Source: Mobula hypostoma (lineage: Eukaryota). From it: a stretch of DNA of 64,000 bases. Below are positions 1-11,576 of this stretch, in pieces (within the stretch, counting starts at the first letter, position 1; every line of letters starts with the position of its first letter). The stretch covers positions 24,430,001 through 24,494,000 of the forward strand of contig NC_086097.1 of NCBI RefSeq assembly GCF_963921235.1, written 5' to 3'. Under the pieces are notes generated by a model, which was not told the DNA's origin, made no database searches, and saw nothing but the letters and a program-made list of their open reading frames with translations. The position numbers and the translations under genes were made by a program.

Positions 1-365
1 CCTATCTACCTGTCAGTTTGTACTCTTCCCCCTCCATCACCGTCTTATATTGGTTTCTCTCCCCTTTCTTTCCAGTCCTGATAAAGTCTTGGCCTGTAAT
101 GTCGACTGTTTATTCCTTATGTACACAGTCTTTGTGTTCGGGCAATATCCTCCCACATTTCCCTCCCTTATTGCTTGTACATTGTGACGAAGATGCAACG
201 TAAAGATTTTTACTCCCTCATGTTGTGAGATGGATGTAAGAAATGAAAGAAATTCTACTTCTAATTCTAATAATTCTCCACAAATGCTGCCTGACCTGTT
301 GAGTTTCTCCAGCACTTTATGTGTGTTGATCAAAATTTCCAGCCTCTGCAGAATCTCTTGTGTCT
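1..365 (+). mobile_element. Penelope-like element 3' tail with degenerate hammerhead, interrupted by a LINE 3' end (~119-275)
   Basis: Same tail sequence as 63450-63866 (CCAGTCCTGAT..GTCGACTG ... ATGCTGCCTGACCTG..CCAGC.TCTGCAGA). The inserted piece ends in (ATTCTA)n-like repeats. Confidence 0.7.
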
Positions 366-564
366 ATTTCCTGACATTAGTAATCCAATCGACAGGGACA
401 ATTTACAACAGTCACTTCACCTACCAGCCTTCCTGTCTTTATGACGTGGGAAGAAACTGGAGCATTCGGAGGAAGCCCACGTGGTGGCAGACAGAACATG
501 CAGACTCCCCATAGAAAGTATCAAAGATCAGAATTAAATCTGTGTCACACCAGATCATAATCAG

Positions 565-750
565 ATGAGATTTTACCGATGCTGGAGATCCAGAGTAGCA
601 CACACACAATATTGGAGGATCTCTGCAGGCCAGGCAGCATCTGTGGATAGGAATAAACAGTCAATATTTTGGGCCGAGGCACTTCGTACCTCTTGTATTT
701 GAGAGACCCATTTTGACCTGCTGAGTTCCTGCAGCACTTTGTGTGCATTG
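565..750. mobile_element. Palindromic Penelope-tail derivative (head-to-head copies)
   Basis: Minus-strand tail copy (GATGCTGGAGATCCAGAG..CAGGCAGCATC..AAACAGTC) followed by a plus-strand copy (GACCTGCTGAGTTCCTGCAGCACTTTGTGTG). Confidence 0.65.
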
Positions 751-914
751 CAGGAGATGTGAGGCTGCGCTGCTTTTCCACCCTAAATGCAATATTACCA
801 CGGGAATGGCCATCGGACACAGAGCACTGAGGATGTGAAAGGCGCCTCATAAATGAAGGCTTTTCTCTCTCAAGTGCCGGTAAGACAGCAGCACAAACCC
901 TCCACATTCCCTGG

Positions 915-929
915 GTTGCCACGGGTAAC
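915..929. promoter_or_regulatory. Candidate RFX X-box
   Basis: GTTGCC-ACG-GGTAAC matches the RFX consensus GTNRCC(N0-3)RGYAAC and lies in TE-free sequence. Confidence 0.35.
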
Positions 930-1597
930 CACGCTGGAGGTTAATTACGTCATTGGTTTTCTTCTGAAGTACTTAATGCCTCCTTAAGCGACAGAATGGG
1001 ATATATATTGTTCCAATTGTCAAGTTATTAATGTAAAATATAGCGTCTCTAAATGAAGCAGTGAGATCTGTTGGAAAAGCACGGTCTCTAAGGTCATTGG
1101 CAAGAAATGAATGAAGTCTCATTTACATTCTTTACCTGTACCCAGCAAAGTCCAATCATGTCTTGATTCAGACCGGCACCAACAGCCTGCACAAAACCTT
1201 GCGTCTTTTATATATGTTATTGCTCTAATTTGTCTCCCTGATATTTTGATAGCTTAAGGAGAGGCTGCAGGATGGAGGCCATTAATTATCTTACTTCATT
1301 AAGTACTCCTTGCTCTGCTGGAAGCAGATCGAGTGTGTAGCTGTTGGCTTCACCTGTCTGCAGCAAATGAAGTGGGTAACCCTTGGTGTTCTGCTGCCCG
1401 ATTTGAGATGGCACCCAGCCTGCACTGAGCCATGCTCGGTCACTGGTCACTGTCCTGGGGACAGGTTTCTTACTGAGGACATACATGCACTAACATAGAC
1501 ACCTCTAATACACAGACGTGCAAGTAAGCACACACACAACCACAGTCACACGGACCAGACGAGCATATTTCCGTCTCCCGTATACTCGCACATAAGC

Positions 1598-1862
1598 CGC
1601 TGTGGTAATGTAGCAGTTAGCGTGATGCTATTACAGCTGAGGGCACCAGAGTTTGCAGATCAGTCCCGATGTCCTCTGTACGTCCTTCCCGTGGAATGCA
1701 TGAGGGCTCCAGTCTTCTCCCACAGTTCAAAGTCATACCGGGTAGGTTAATTGTCATTGCAAATTGTCCTGTGATTAAGTTAGGGTTAAATCGGGGTTGT
1801 TGGGGGTTGTTGAGTGGCGTGGCTCGTAGGGCCGGAAGGACCTATTCCTCACTATATCTCTA
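1598..1862 (+). mobile_element. tRNA-derived V-SINE (HE1-like) with CR1-type tail
   Basis: tRNA-like head (TAGCAGTTAGCGTGATGCTATTACAG), V-domain-like GCTCCAGTCTTCTCCCACAGTTCAAAG, and tail GGGCCGGAAGGACCT similar to CR1 3' ends. Related copies at ~380-545, 9605-9780, 23190-23460, 36830-37140, 45255-45490 and 49290-49575. Confidence 0.7.
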
Positions 1863-1894
1863 CAGGAATAAATTATCTGTCTATCTCATGCACA

Positions 1895-2285
1895 GATCTC
1901 TTTCTCTCTCTCCATCTCTCTCTCTCTCCTCCCTCTCTTCTATCTCCCGTATATTCACAAATAAGATATCTGTCTACCCCATGCACACACAATGTATCTG
2001 CCTCTCTTGCTTTCTCACACACACATACACACGCATTGTTCAGACTCCAATATTACATAGACTTGTGTACCTTGCACAGACACTTCAGCCTGTCAAAGCA
2101 CATTCTGACTCCTCTAATAGAGACGTCTGTCCCACGTGCACACTTTTCCTACACGCACTCACAGACACACACACAGAAACATTGGTCACATGCACACTCA
2201 GACTCCACTAGCAGTCAAGCTTGTTTCCCTCCAATACATACAGATATCTCTCACACAGACAGTACCACACGTACACACATGTGCC
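1895..2285. repeat. (CT)n/(CA)n-rich low-complexity region
   Basis: Degenerate dinucleotide runs. Confidence 0.8.
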
Positions 2286-3239
2286 TCTGAGGCACCGTCT
2301 CTGTAGTAGAAATGAGTTAATGAGTAAGTCTCAGACGATCATGCAGTGATGGATGAGGAGAGACTTTCACCTTACTAAACAACATGGTTCCTTAGGAGAG
2401 AGAGGTAAAAATGCCAGGCAATTGGGGAAACTTAAAAACTGCCTCTTGTCATGGACTTTGGTGTAAAAACGATTTGAAGAAATAAGTCTGGACCTGGTTA
2501 ATGTCAAGGTCAAAGTTGAGTCACACGCACAAGTAAATCAATTGACAGGTATATTGAAAAGCTTTTTTGCAGCAGCATCACAGACACGTAGCATCGTATA
2601 CGCAAGAAAAATAAACGATACTTTTACAAGAAAGAACAAATTTACAGCAAAAGAAAACAATCCTGTTTTAGTGCAAAGTGATCATAATGTCACATGATTT
2701 CGACAATGGGATAGGACGAGGCCAAAAGGCTGAAGACAAAGGGCTGGGAAGATGTTACAGGGTTGTGGAGAGCTGAGGCCCCAAGAGGATTTGAAAGCAC
2801 AGAGGAGTTGTTAAAATACAGGGACTGCCAGAATGGTACTTGGTGTGGGTTACTGAGGATGGGATAGAGGCATTTTGTTTAAATTGGTAAGCATATGTGT
2901 TAACAACAGTGTGACCCTCCGATGCCTCATCATCCAGGCATCACCATAATTACCCAACACCCCCGGAAAACCGACAGCAACCATGTTGACGGCCTGATTC
3001 TAAATAATGGGGATAAATCCCACCAGCTGATTGCCTTTCTGTTGCCAGAGCGAGCACAAATAGATTTTTCCACTAGATTTATTTCTAATGTTCATTTTAT
3101 CACTTCAGCGCGTCCAATTCATCACGCCTTTCTTGTCAATAATCCAAGCAGAAGTCAATTTCCAAATGTGTTTTTCTATCTCTCTTGCTGCAAAGTTATT
3201 GCTCGATGTCTGATGATATGTTGTGTTTGGTGACTGGTG

Positions 3240-3460
3240 ACTGTGTGTGTGTGTGTGTGTGAGTATTTGCAGGACAGGGAGTATGCACTATGTATATGAG
3301 TCTGTGTATGGATGTGTCTGTCTAGTTTGTGTGTATATCAGCGTGTGTGAGTGTGTGAGAGAGGAAGGGTATATTGTGTGTGAAACACTAAACATTTATG
3401 CAATATATTGTGTGGGTGTGTGTGTGTGGAGTATACAATATTTGTGTGTGGTAGTATTGG
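3240..3460. repeat. (TG)n-rich microsatellite/low complexity
   Basis: TGTGTG runs. Confidence 0.85.
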
Positions 3461-4749
3461 TATGAGCATGCTACAATTTATAGAAAGTCAAATCAGAAAG
3501 GCAGAAGGAGGTTTCACCTACTTTCTCAAACTTGTGGGGTTTGATTTTGACAAATAGTCTTCTTCAAGAAGCGACAACTTGCAACTTCAGGAGAAGCATT
3601 AAAACTGGGCATCATGCCTGTCTCGTAACTGAAGGCTAGCATCCTTTTATTCTACGGGCAGAGAGATGGTGGCAAACCCGCTACATCGGCAGCTGGTGCC
3701 AGCTGCAGCTTTGCTTGTGACTCTCCCAGCAAAAACGTCTGGGCTCAGGTCTTGCAACCGTCACTTAAACCCATAACAGTAGTGGTAGGTTATGTTGATT
3801 GTTTACATAAACGACACCTTTCACTGTATGTTTCGATGTACATGTGATTAATAAGTATATGTCTGCATTGTGTCCAAATTTTGCAGAGTTGTGGGCACAG
3901 TTCAGCACGTCACAGAAACCTGCCTTCCCTCCGGAATTGAACCTGGGTCACTGGTTCTGTAATAGCATTACACCAACTGTGCCATCCACCTTTACAAGAC
4001 TTTGGAAAACTATCTGTGGCATTTTCTTTCATGAGATCTTGGTTGACTCAACTTCAACTGGCTCGGGTTGCTCATGAGCTTTCCGAAAATAGCACGATCA
4101 CACACACCACCTTACCACTCCTACGCCATCGTCTTGCTCAGTCACATGGGTTGCCAGGAAGTGTTTTGTTCACTGTGATGGCCAATGTTTAACGAGCCTG
4201 TTAATTAAATACCATCTAACCCTGCATGAACTCCTGACATCCTTCCAGTGCTCAGCAGCTACTTGTGTACACACTCTGTAAATAGAAGAAATAATTTTGG
4301 GCCGATATAGAATATAGTTTATTATATTCTTTAATTGCCACAGTTTTATTCACTGCCTCATTAATTTCTGGATATCTTAGTGCAGGAGAGCAAAGCTGCT
4401 TCTTAATTGTAGACACTGTAAATAAATTATATGTTATTAATGTTTTATATTTATTTGAATAAGCAGTTTACTGAAGCCAACTGCAATTTTAGATCTGCAT
4501 TTTTTGCATTTCAATATCGTTCTGAATTATTACTCAGTTGTGGATTTTTAATTACCAATTTAAAGGCGTGTCTTTCCTTTCATGTGAAAGTCGATCATTC
4601 CCTGGTCAGCTCGTCTGCAAGCACAGACTGGGAGGGTCTTTTTTAGAAACGATGGGAATGAAAGGATGTGGCGTTAGTGAAGGGAGGAAACCCCTTGAGG
4701 TAAACTGCATGGTGAGGTGGGCACAGTCACACAGCATGGAATGGGGCAG

Positions 4750-4932
4750 TAATGCAACTCGGAACGGATCAGCGGTGCAGCTGGGAATAGTGCAGTGATG
4801 TACCTTGGAATGGCAGAGTGATGCTGCTTTGAATGGCAAGGTGCAAAGTATGGAATTACAAAATGATGTAGCTTGGAATGCTGAAGTATAGCAACTTGGA
4901 ACAGCAGAGTGGTGCAGCTTGGAAAGGTACAG
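4750..4932. repeat. Degenerate 23-bp minisatellite, ~8 units
   Basis: Units such as TGATGTACCTTGGAATGGCAGAG (4796-4818), TGATGTAGCTTGGAATGCTGAAG (4864-4886) and TGGTGCAGCTTGGAAAGGTACAG (4910-4932). Confidence 0.7.
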
Positions 4933-5125
4933 GAATGCTGTATGAGGTGATGGAGTATCACAGTGAATCCACATTAAGCTGCTGCCTCAAAGTCCCAGGT
5001 CCCGGTGAAAGAGCTCAGGAGTTGAGGAATTTTGGACTTAGTGAAGAAAAACTGGTGATATTTTTCTAGGTCAGGATGGTGTACAGTAATTCAATAGCAG
5101 CACATTGAGTACAGGAGTTGGGATA

Positions 5126-5719
5126 TAGGACTAGAATATAAAAGCAAGAATGTAATGTTGAGGTTTTATAAAGCACTGGTGAGGCCTCACTTGGAGTATT
5201 GTGAGCAGTTCTGGGCCCCTTATCTTAGAAAGGATGTGCTGACATTGGAGGGGATTCAAAGGAGGTTCACAAAAATGATTACTGGATTGAAATGCTTGTA
5301 TGAGGAGTGTTTGATGGAATTCTTAAGAATGAGGGGGAATCTCATTGCGGCCTATTGAATGTTGAAAGGCTTCAATAGAGTGGATGTGGAGAGGATTTTT
5401 CCTATGGTGGGGAGTCCAAGACCAGAGGACACAACCTCCAAATAGAGGAACGTCCACTTAGAATGAAGATAAGGAAGAATTTCTTTAACCTGAGAGTGGT
5501 GAATCTGTGGAATTCATTGCCACAGGTGGCTGTGGAGGCCAAGTCATTGGGTATATTTAAGGCAGAGGTTGATAGGTTCTAGATTAGTCAAGGCATGAAG
5601 GGATACTAGGCAGAAGACTGGAGTTTGGGGCTGAGAGGGAAATGGATCTGTGTGATGAAACGGCAGAGCAGACTCAATGAGCCAAATGGCCTAATGCTGA
5701 TCCTATATCTTATGGTCTT
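5126..5719 (+). mobile_element. CR1 LINE 3' fragment, nested in another CR1
   Basis: ORF 5155-5358 has the CR1 ORF2 C-terminal motif LVRPHLEYCEQFWAPY..IQRRFTKMI. Tail TCTTATGGTCTT. Confidence 0.9.
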
Positions 5720-6290
5720 GTATATGCTGAGATTGTACAAGACGTTGGTGAGGTCTAATTCGCAGTATTATGTGCAATTCTGGTCACCTGCCTACAGGAA
5801 AGATATCAATAAGCCTGAAAGAGTCTGGAGAAAACTTACACGGATGTTGACAGGACGGGAGGACTTGAGTTACGGAGATAGGTTGAATGGGTTAAGACTT
5901 TATTCCTCATGCATCAAAGAATAGACACCTTATGGACGTTAACAAAATTATGAGGGGCACAGGAAGGGGTGAATGTATGCAGGTTGGGTAAAACTAGAAC
6001 TAGAGGTCAGACTGCAGGTTTCGGGTGAAGGGTGAAATATTTAAGAGGAATCTCATGGGGAGCTTCTTCACTCAGAGGGGATGCGAGTATGGGACAGACT
6101 GCCAGCAGAAGTGGTAGATGTGGGTGCAAATGTAACATGTTCGATAAGGTTGAATAGGGCTGGATGGATGGATGAGTGGGGTGTGGAGGGCTGTAGACCT
6201 AGGCACTTGGTCGATGTGACTAAGCAGCATGAATTGGATGGACCAAAGGGCCTATTTCTGAGCTAGAGACCTGCTTGACTCTAAGACTAT
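5720..6290 (+). mobile_element. CR1 LINE 3' fragment (host of the 5126-5719 insertion; its upstream part is at ~5104-5125)
   Basis: LYKTLVRSNSQYYVQFWSP motif and a CR1-type 3' end. Confidence 0.85.
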
Positions 6291-6554
6291 AATATGGTAG
6301 TTGGGAGGTTATGTTGTGATTGTACAAAACGTTTCTCCGGCATTTTGTGTCCATGACTCTACCTTGCTTAAGTAGTTTTTAAGGAACATCTTAAAGGAGA
6401 GGGTTGCAGCAAAACAGAGGGATGTTGAAAGGGATTTCCCAGGTTTAGGCTCAGGTCTCTTGTTGCTGTTACTGTCATAGAGAACACGGCACAGAAACAG
6501 GCCCTTTGGCCAACTGGTGCATGCTGATCACAGCATCCTTCCTGCTCGTCCCAT

Positions 6555-7012
6555 AATGGAAAGGAATGCGGCAGAAGCCAGGATACGGGGGAAGGGGGAT
6601 CAGTACAAGTTGGCAGTGAGACCAGGTGAAGGAGAAGGTGAGTGAGTAGAGCAGGGAAGATGAAGTAACAAGCTGGGAAGTACTGGCTGGAAGGGGTAAA
6701 GGGCTGAAGAAGAACAAATCTAATAGGAGAGGACAGTGGACCGTGGGAGACAGAGAAAAAAGGGGGGGGGACCAGAGGGATGTGATGGATGGGTGAGGAG
6801 AAGAGAAGGTATGAGAACCAGAATGGAGAATAGAAAAAGAGAGAAGGAGGGAGGGAGGGAGGAGAAATTACCAGAAGTTGGAGGAATTAATGTTCATGCC
6901 ATCAGGGTGGAGGTGACACAGGCAGAATAAAAGACATTACCCCTTCAACCTGAGTTTAGCCTCATCGTGGCAGTACAGGAGGCCATGGACAGATACGTTG
7001 GAACGGGACATT
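6555..7012 (-). mobile_element. Penelope-like element fragment (end of GIY-YIG region plus pyrimidine-rich 3' UTR)
   Basis: Reverse-complement similarity to 63300-63740 (CAACCTGATGGCATGAACAT..AACTTC, CCATGGCCTCCT). Confidence 0.75.
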
Positions 7013-7784
7013 GAACATCGGTAGTATCTTGTGTCTAAAAAACGCCAGAACTTCTCAGCAGGTGAAAATTGTCCTGCGGATACAGAAATGCAACGAGCCT
7101 CTCATTAACACTGTCCATTGTTAGAAAGGTTTATCACCCCGACAGGATAACTCTGTTTCCCTCACCAAGGATACTGCTGAACTCCTGAGAGTATCCAGAA
7201 CTTCCTCCTCTTATTCCAGGTTTCTAAGATGCAGAATATTCTGCTTTGGACAGGGTGCCACCAGGCTCATTAGCAGGTGTCTGACAACACCAGCTGGATG
7301 CTGAGTTACCTGTGGCAGAGCCACACTGACCCTGGTCCTTCCAGACATCGTAAGTGCCACATGTTACTAAGTGATCGGAGCAGACATACTCAGGCGGCCA
7401 TGAAGGGCTGAAGTTTGCCGTGAAAGCTAACTTCTGGCTTTTCAATCTTGGAGTCCCAGTGGCTAGCTTGAACCCAGCAGGACTGGCAATACTTTTCCTT
7501 CACTTCTGTTAAAGTGCTCATGACACATTGTCGTCTGAAGTGTAAAGGATGGAGGAGATAGAAGTCCTTTTACACTATATTATTCAAAACCCTGTGTTCA
7601 TGCTAACCTCATGCTGTCACGGCATTTGTTCCACCTTTATGCCATATTTTAGCACTAAACACTGTGAAGGGGAGATACTCGCAAGTCGCAGTTGCACACC
7701 ACAGCAAATTCCTAATACATGTAAATATACTGTATGTGGTGAATAAAGTTAATTCGTGACCCTTGATATCTGAAGGAGATAATT

Positions 7785-8630
7785 TTGGGCCCAATTTCTA
7801 GGAAAGGATGTGCTGACGTTGGAGAGGATCCAAGGGAGGTTCGCGCAAATGATTCTGGCAATGAAAGGGTTAATGTATGAGCAGGATTTGAAGGCTCTGG
7901 GCCTGTACTTGCTGGAGTTTAGAAGAATGAGGGGGAGATCTCATTAAAACCCTATCAAACATTGAAAGGCCTAGATAGAGTGCTGGGTGGCGGGGTGGAG
8001 ACACGTCTCCACCAAAGGAGGCGTAATGCGCTCCTTCCCTCCGCTAGCCTGCAGGTCACCCTTGGGCAAGGTGGAGCACCTACGTAGTCCCCACCTATCA
8101 GGGTCACGTGAAGCCATGGGAGGCGGATGTCCGTATGAACAGCTGGTGCATATCACAAGCCCCGGTTATGCAACCACAGACACCAGGCAGATAATCTCTG
8201 AAGAGTATTGATAATCACTGGTGTCACCCGTTTTGTAAAGACACTGCCCAGAAGAAGGTGATGGAAAACCACATCTACAGAAAAATTTGTCCATAACAGT
8301 CATAGCCAGCGGAAGAGCACGATCGTCTATGTCGTTGACATACCACATAATGATGGTGATGATGGGATAGAATGAATATGTGGAGAATGTTTTCTATGGT
8401 GGGAGAGTCCAGGACCAGAGAGCACAGCTTCAGGGTAGAAGGACGTCCCTTTTCGAACAGAGGTGAGGAGGAATTTCTTTAGCCGGGGCGGTGGGGGTGA
8501 ATGTGTGGAATTCATTGCCGCAGACAGCTGTGGAGGTCAGGTTATTGGGTATATTTAAAAGGGAGGTTGATAGGGTCTTAATCGATAAGGGCAGCAAAGG
8601 TTATGGGGAGAATGCAGGAGAGTGGGGTTG
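7785..8630 (+). mobile_element. CR1 3' fragment, interrupted by an RTE-type SINE
   Basis: Colinear with 5200-5630 on both sides of the insertion. Confidence 0.85.
7983..8365 (+). mobile_element. Non-autonomous RTE-related retroposon (SINE-like)
   Basis: RTE-type GAAGAAGGTGATGGAAAACCAC motif, (TGA)n-like tail, imperfect TSD GATAGAGTG/GATAGAATG (7974-7982/8366-8374). Second copy at 57899-58410. Confidence 0.7.
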
Positions 8631-8964
8631 ACCCCAGTCGCCGTCATGGTGAAGCATTGCACTAACTGCTATGGTACTGTGACCCCCTGCACTATGGTGC
8701 ACAGTGCAGCCACAGAGACAGAGTGAATAAATGATTAACATTTACTCAGAGATACAGGCAGAACAGGCCCTCCCAGCCTAACGAGCCATACCGCCCAGCA
8801 AACTAGCTTAATCACAGGATCATTTACAATGACCAATTAAACCACTAATCTCTTCCACCAATCAACTTCCCAGCTCTTTACTTCACCCATCTCCTGGTTT
8901 CACCCTGTACTTCTTCCGACCCTCTCTCACCTTCTTATTCTAACTTCATCCCCCTTCCTTTCCA

Positions 8965-8998
8965 GTCCTGATGAAGGATCTCAGCCTGAAACGTCGAC
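8965..8998 (+). ncRNA. Minimal type I hammerhead ribozyme motif (Penelope-associated)
   Basis: GTC-CTGATGA-AGG-ATCTCAG-CCT-GAAA-CG-TC-GAC: intact CUGANGA and GAAA core, helix II AGG/CCU, palindromic ACGU helix III, GUC cleavage triplet, helix I GUC/GAC. Confidence 0.7.
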
Positions 8999-9038
8999 CT
9001 TTTATTCCCATCCCTAGATACTGCCTGACCTGCACTTT

Positions 9039-9548
9039 AGACAATAGACAATAGACAATAGGTGCAGGAGTAGGCCATTCAGCCCTTCGAGCCAGCACCA
9101 CCATTCACTGTGATCATGGCTGATCATCCACAATCAGTATCCTTTTCCTGCCTTCTCCCCATATCCCTTCACTACGCTATCTTTAAGAGCTCTATCTAAC
9201 TCTTTTTTGAAAGAATCCAGAGAATTGGCCTCAACTGCCTTCTGAGGCAGAGCATTCCACAGAACCACAACCCTCTGTGTGAAAAAGTTTTTCCTCAACT
9301 CCGTTCTAAATTGTCTACCCCTTATTCTTAAACTGTGGCCTCTGGTTCTGGACTCCCCCAACATTGGGAACATGTTTCCTGCCTCTAGCATGTCCAATCC
9401 CTTAATAATCTTATATGTTTCAATCAGATCCCCTCTTATCCTTCTAAACTTCAGTGTATACAAGCCCAGTCACTCCAATCTTTCAACATATGACAGTCCC
9501 GCCATCCCGGGAATTAACCTCATGAACCTACGCTGCACTCCCTCAATA
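9039..9548 (-). mobile_element. Young CR1 3' fragment with TSD
   Basis: ORF 9134-9463 (RRIRGDLIETYKI..NFFTQRVV.LWNALP), 7-mer tandem tail (AGACAAT)3 on +, TSD CACTTT at 9033-9038 and 9549-9554. Confidence 0.92.
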
Positions 9549-10361
9549 CACTTTGTGTGTATTGCTCTAGATTTCCAGCATCTGCAGTACCTCTTGTGTC
9601 TAAAAGCTACTAACTGGTACGCCATTAGCTGGGTAGAGTAAACTGGAATAACCAGAGGAAACCCATGCAATCACGGAAGAACATACAAAGTTCTTACAGA
9701 AGATGCCGGAATTGAACTCCCAACTCCGACGCCTGAGCTGGAATAGTGTTGCTCTAACCGCTATGCTACAGTGGTGCAGTGACTAGGCAGGGGATACCGA
9801 GCAGCAGTATAGCTTGCATCGGATCATCCTGAAACAGCGGCATCTCACTCTGATGTTGTTTGGTTCTCAATGATCATCAGCAGCAGTACTAGCAACCTTA
9901 GCATCAGACATTAATAGTTAATGTTAATTAAAATTGTGTACTGTGTATTATGAAGTAAGATGATAGATGGCCGGGAGGGAGATCAAGTGCGAAGCACAGT
10001 CTGAGGGTTCAAACATCTTGACTGTACAAGCTCTTAAATAATTGATGACATTCTCTGAACAACCTCAATTGTTTTTGTGCCTCATGTCTTGCTTGTGGCT
10101 GTTCATTATTCTGCACTCAGTATGAATAGGAATGTTATAACCGAGTAATTACAGAGTACAGTACTCCAGTGTAAATATTCTCTGTTCCCCACTTGGCCAG
10201 CAGCTCAGACTCCACTTTTCCTACTGTGCTGAATGATATGCTATTTACAGGCCCTTCGGCCCTTTCTCAGAGACTTCTTTAGCCACCTAGTGTAGTAGCT
10301 GAGTGACTAAGGGTTAGGTCAAGTTCGGCCCTGAAGGCCCAACTCTCTACTTCCCATTTCC

Positions 10362-10690
10362 ATAAGACCATAATTCGGCCCTTTGGCCCATCGAGTCTGC
10401 TCCGCTATTACCTCACGGCTGATTTATTTTCCCCCTCGACTCCATTCTCCTGCCTTCTCCCCATAACCTTTGACACCCTTATCAATCAAGAATCTATCAA
10501 CCTTTGCTTTAAATATACCCAGTGACTTGGCCCCCACAGCCATCTGTAGCAATGGATTCCACACATTCGCAACCCTCTGGCTAAAGAAGATCCTGCTCAT
10601 CTCCATTTTAAAGGGGCGTCCTTCCATTCTGAGGCTGTGCCCTCTGATCCTAGACTTCCCCACCATACGAAGTATCTTCTCCTTGTCTAA
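10362..10690 (-). mobile_element. CR1 3' fragment
   Basis: ORF 10424-10714 SRIRGHSL..FFSQRVANVWN. Confidence 0.88.
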
Positions 10691-11133
10691 ATTACATCCT
10701 CTCCACGTCCACATTTCAACAAATTATGGTTTGCCCACTGTGGTACAGCACAGAAGCAGGCTGTTATAAACACAAGAGATTCTGGAGGTGCTGAAAATGC
10801 AGAACAACTCTTGATGACAGCAACTGTCATCCTCAGGGGTTGAGATTTTTACCATGCTGAGCCACAACCTTGCTGTAATTCAGAAAATTTGAGCCAATAG
10901 AAAACACCTCGCCTTCAACGCCATCTCAAAAACAAGGCTCTGTGCTGGAGATTCCATTCATTTTCACAGAAGTTTGTGAACTCCTTTTAAGAACGTAGAA
11001 CATTACAGCACAGTGCATGCAGACCCTTCATTCCACAGTGTTTCCTACAGTCAATTACCTTCTCTCTTGAGCTAACAATTCCCTGTAGTGTTCATATTGC
11101 GGGAAGATGCTCCACAATAGTGGCACTGTTACA

Positions 11134-11576
11134 GAGAAAGGTTGAACAAGTTGGGTCTTTATTCTTTGGAACGTAGAAGGTTGAGGGGGGCCTTGATGGA
11201 GGTATTTAAAAATTATGAGGGGGATAGATAGAGTTGACGTGGATAGGCTTTTTCCATTGAGAGTTGGGGAGATTCAAACAAGAGGACATGAGTTGAGAGT
11301 TAAAGGACAAAAGTTTAGGGGTAACATGAGGGGGAACTTCTTTACTCAGAGAGTGGTGGCTGTGTGGAACGAGCTTCCAGCAGAAGTGGTTGAGGCAAGT
11401 TCGATGTTGTCATTTAAAGTTAAATTGGACAGCTATATGGACAGGAAAGAAATGGAGGGTTATGGGCTGAGTGCAGGTCGGTGGGACTAGGTGAGAGTAA
11501 GAGTTCGGCATGGACTAGAAGGGCCGAGATGGCCTGTTTCCGTGCTGTAATTGTTATATGGTTATATGGTTATATT
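11134..11576 (+). mobile_element. CR1 3' fragment
   Basis: ORF 11215-11490 TRGHEL..NFFTQRVVAVWNELP and an 8-mer tail (GGTTATAT)n. Confidence 0.9.

Larger units (their letters stand above)
8850..9600 (+). mobile_element. Penelope-like 3' tail, interrupted by CR1
   Basis: Pyrimidine-rich UTR plus hammerhead plus terminal CCAGCATCTGCAG. Split by the 9039-9548 insertion. Confidence 0.8.

Noticed and set aside
1669..2290. 180-aa and 158-aa ORFs
   Set aside because: They run through a SINE and CT/CA low-complexity sequence that is naturally poor in stops.
7277..7349. Plus-strand exon candidate ending in |GTAAGT
   Set aside because: Weak polypyrimidine tract, no recognisable peptide, and the alternative upstream acceptor gives stops in all frames.
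7985..8070. Canonical HDV-like ribozyme at the SINE 5' end
   Set aside because: A 7-bp P1-like pair exists, but I could not place P3/L3 or the catalytic junction.
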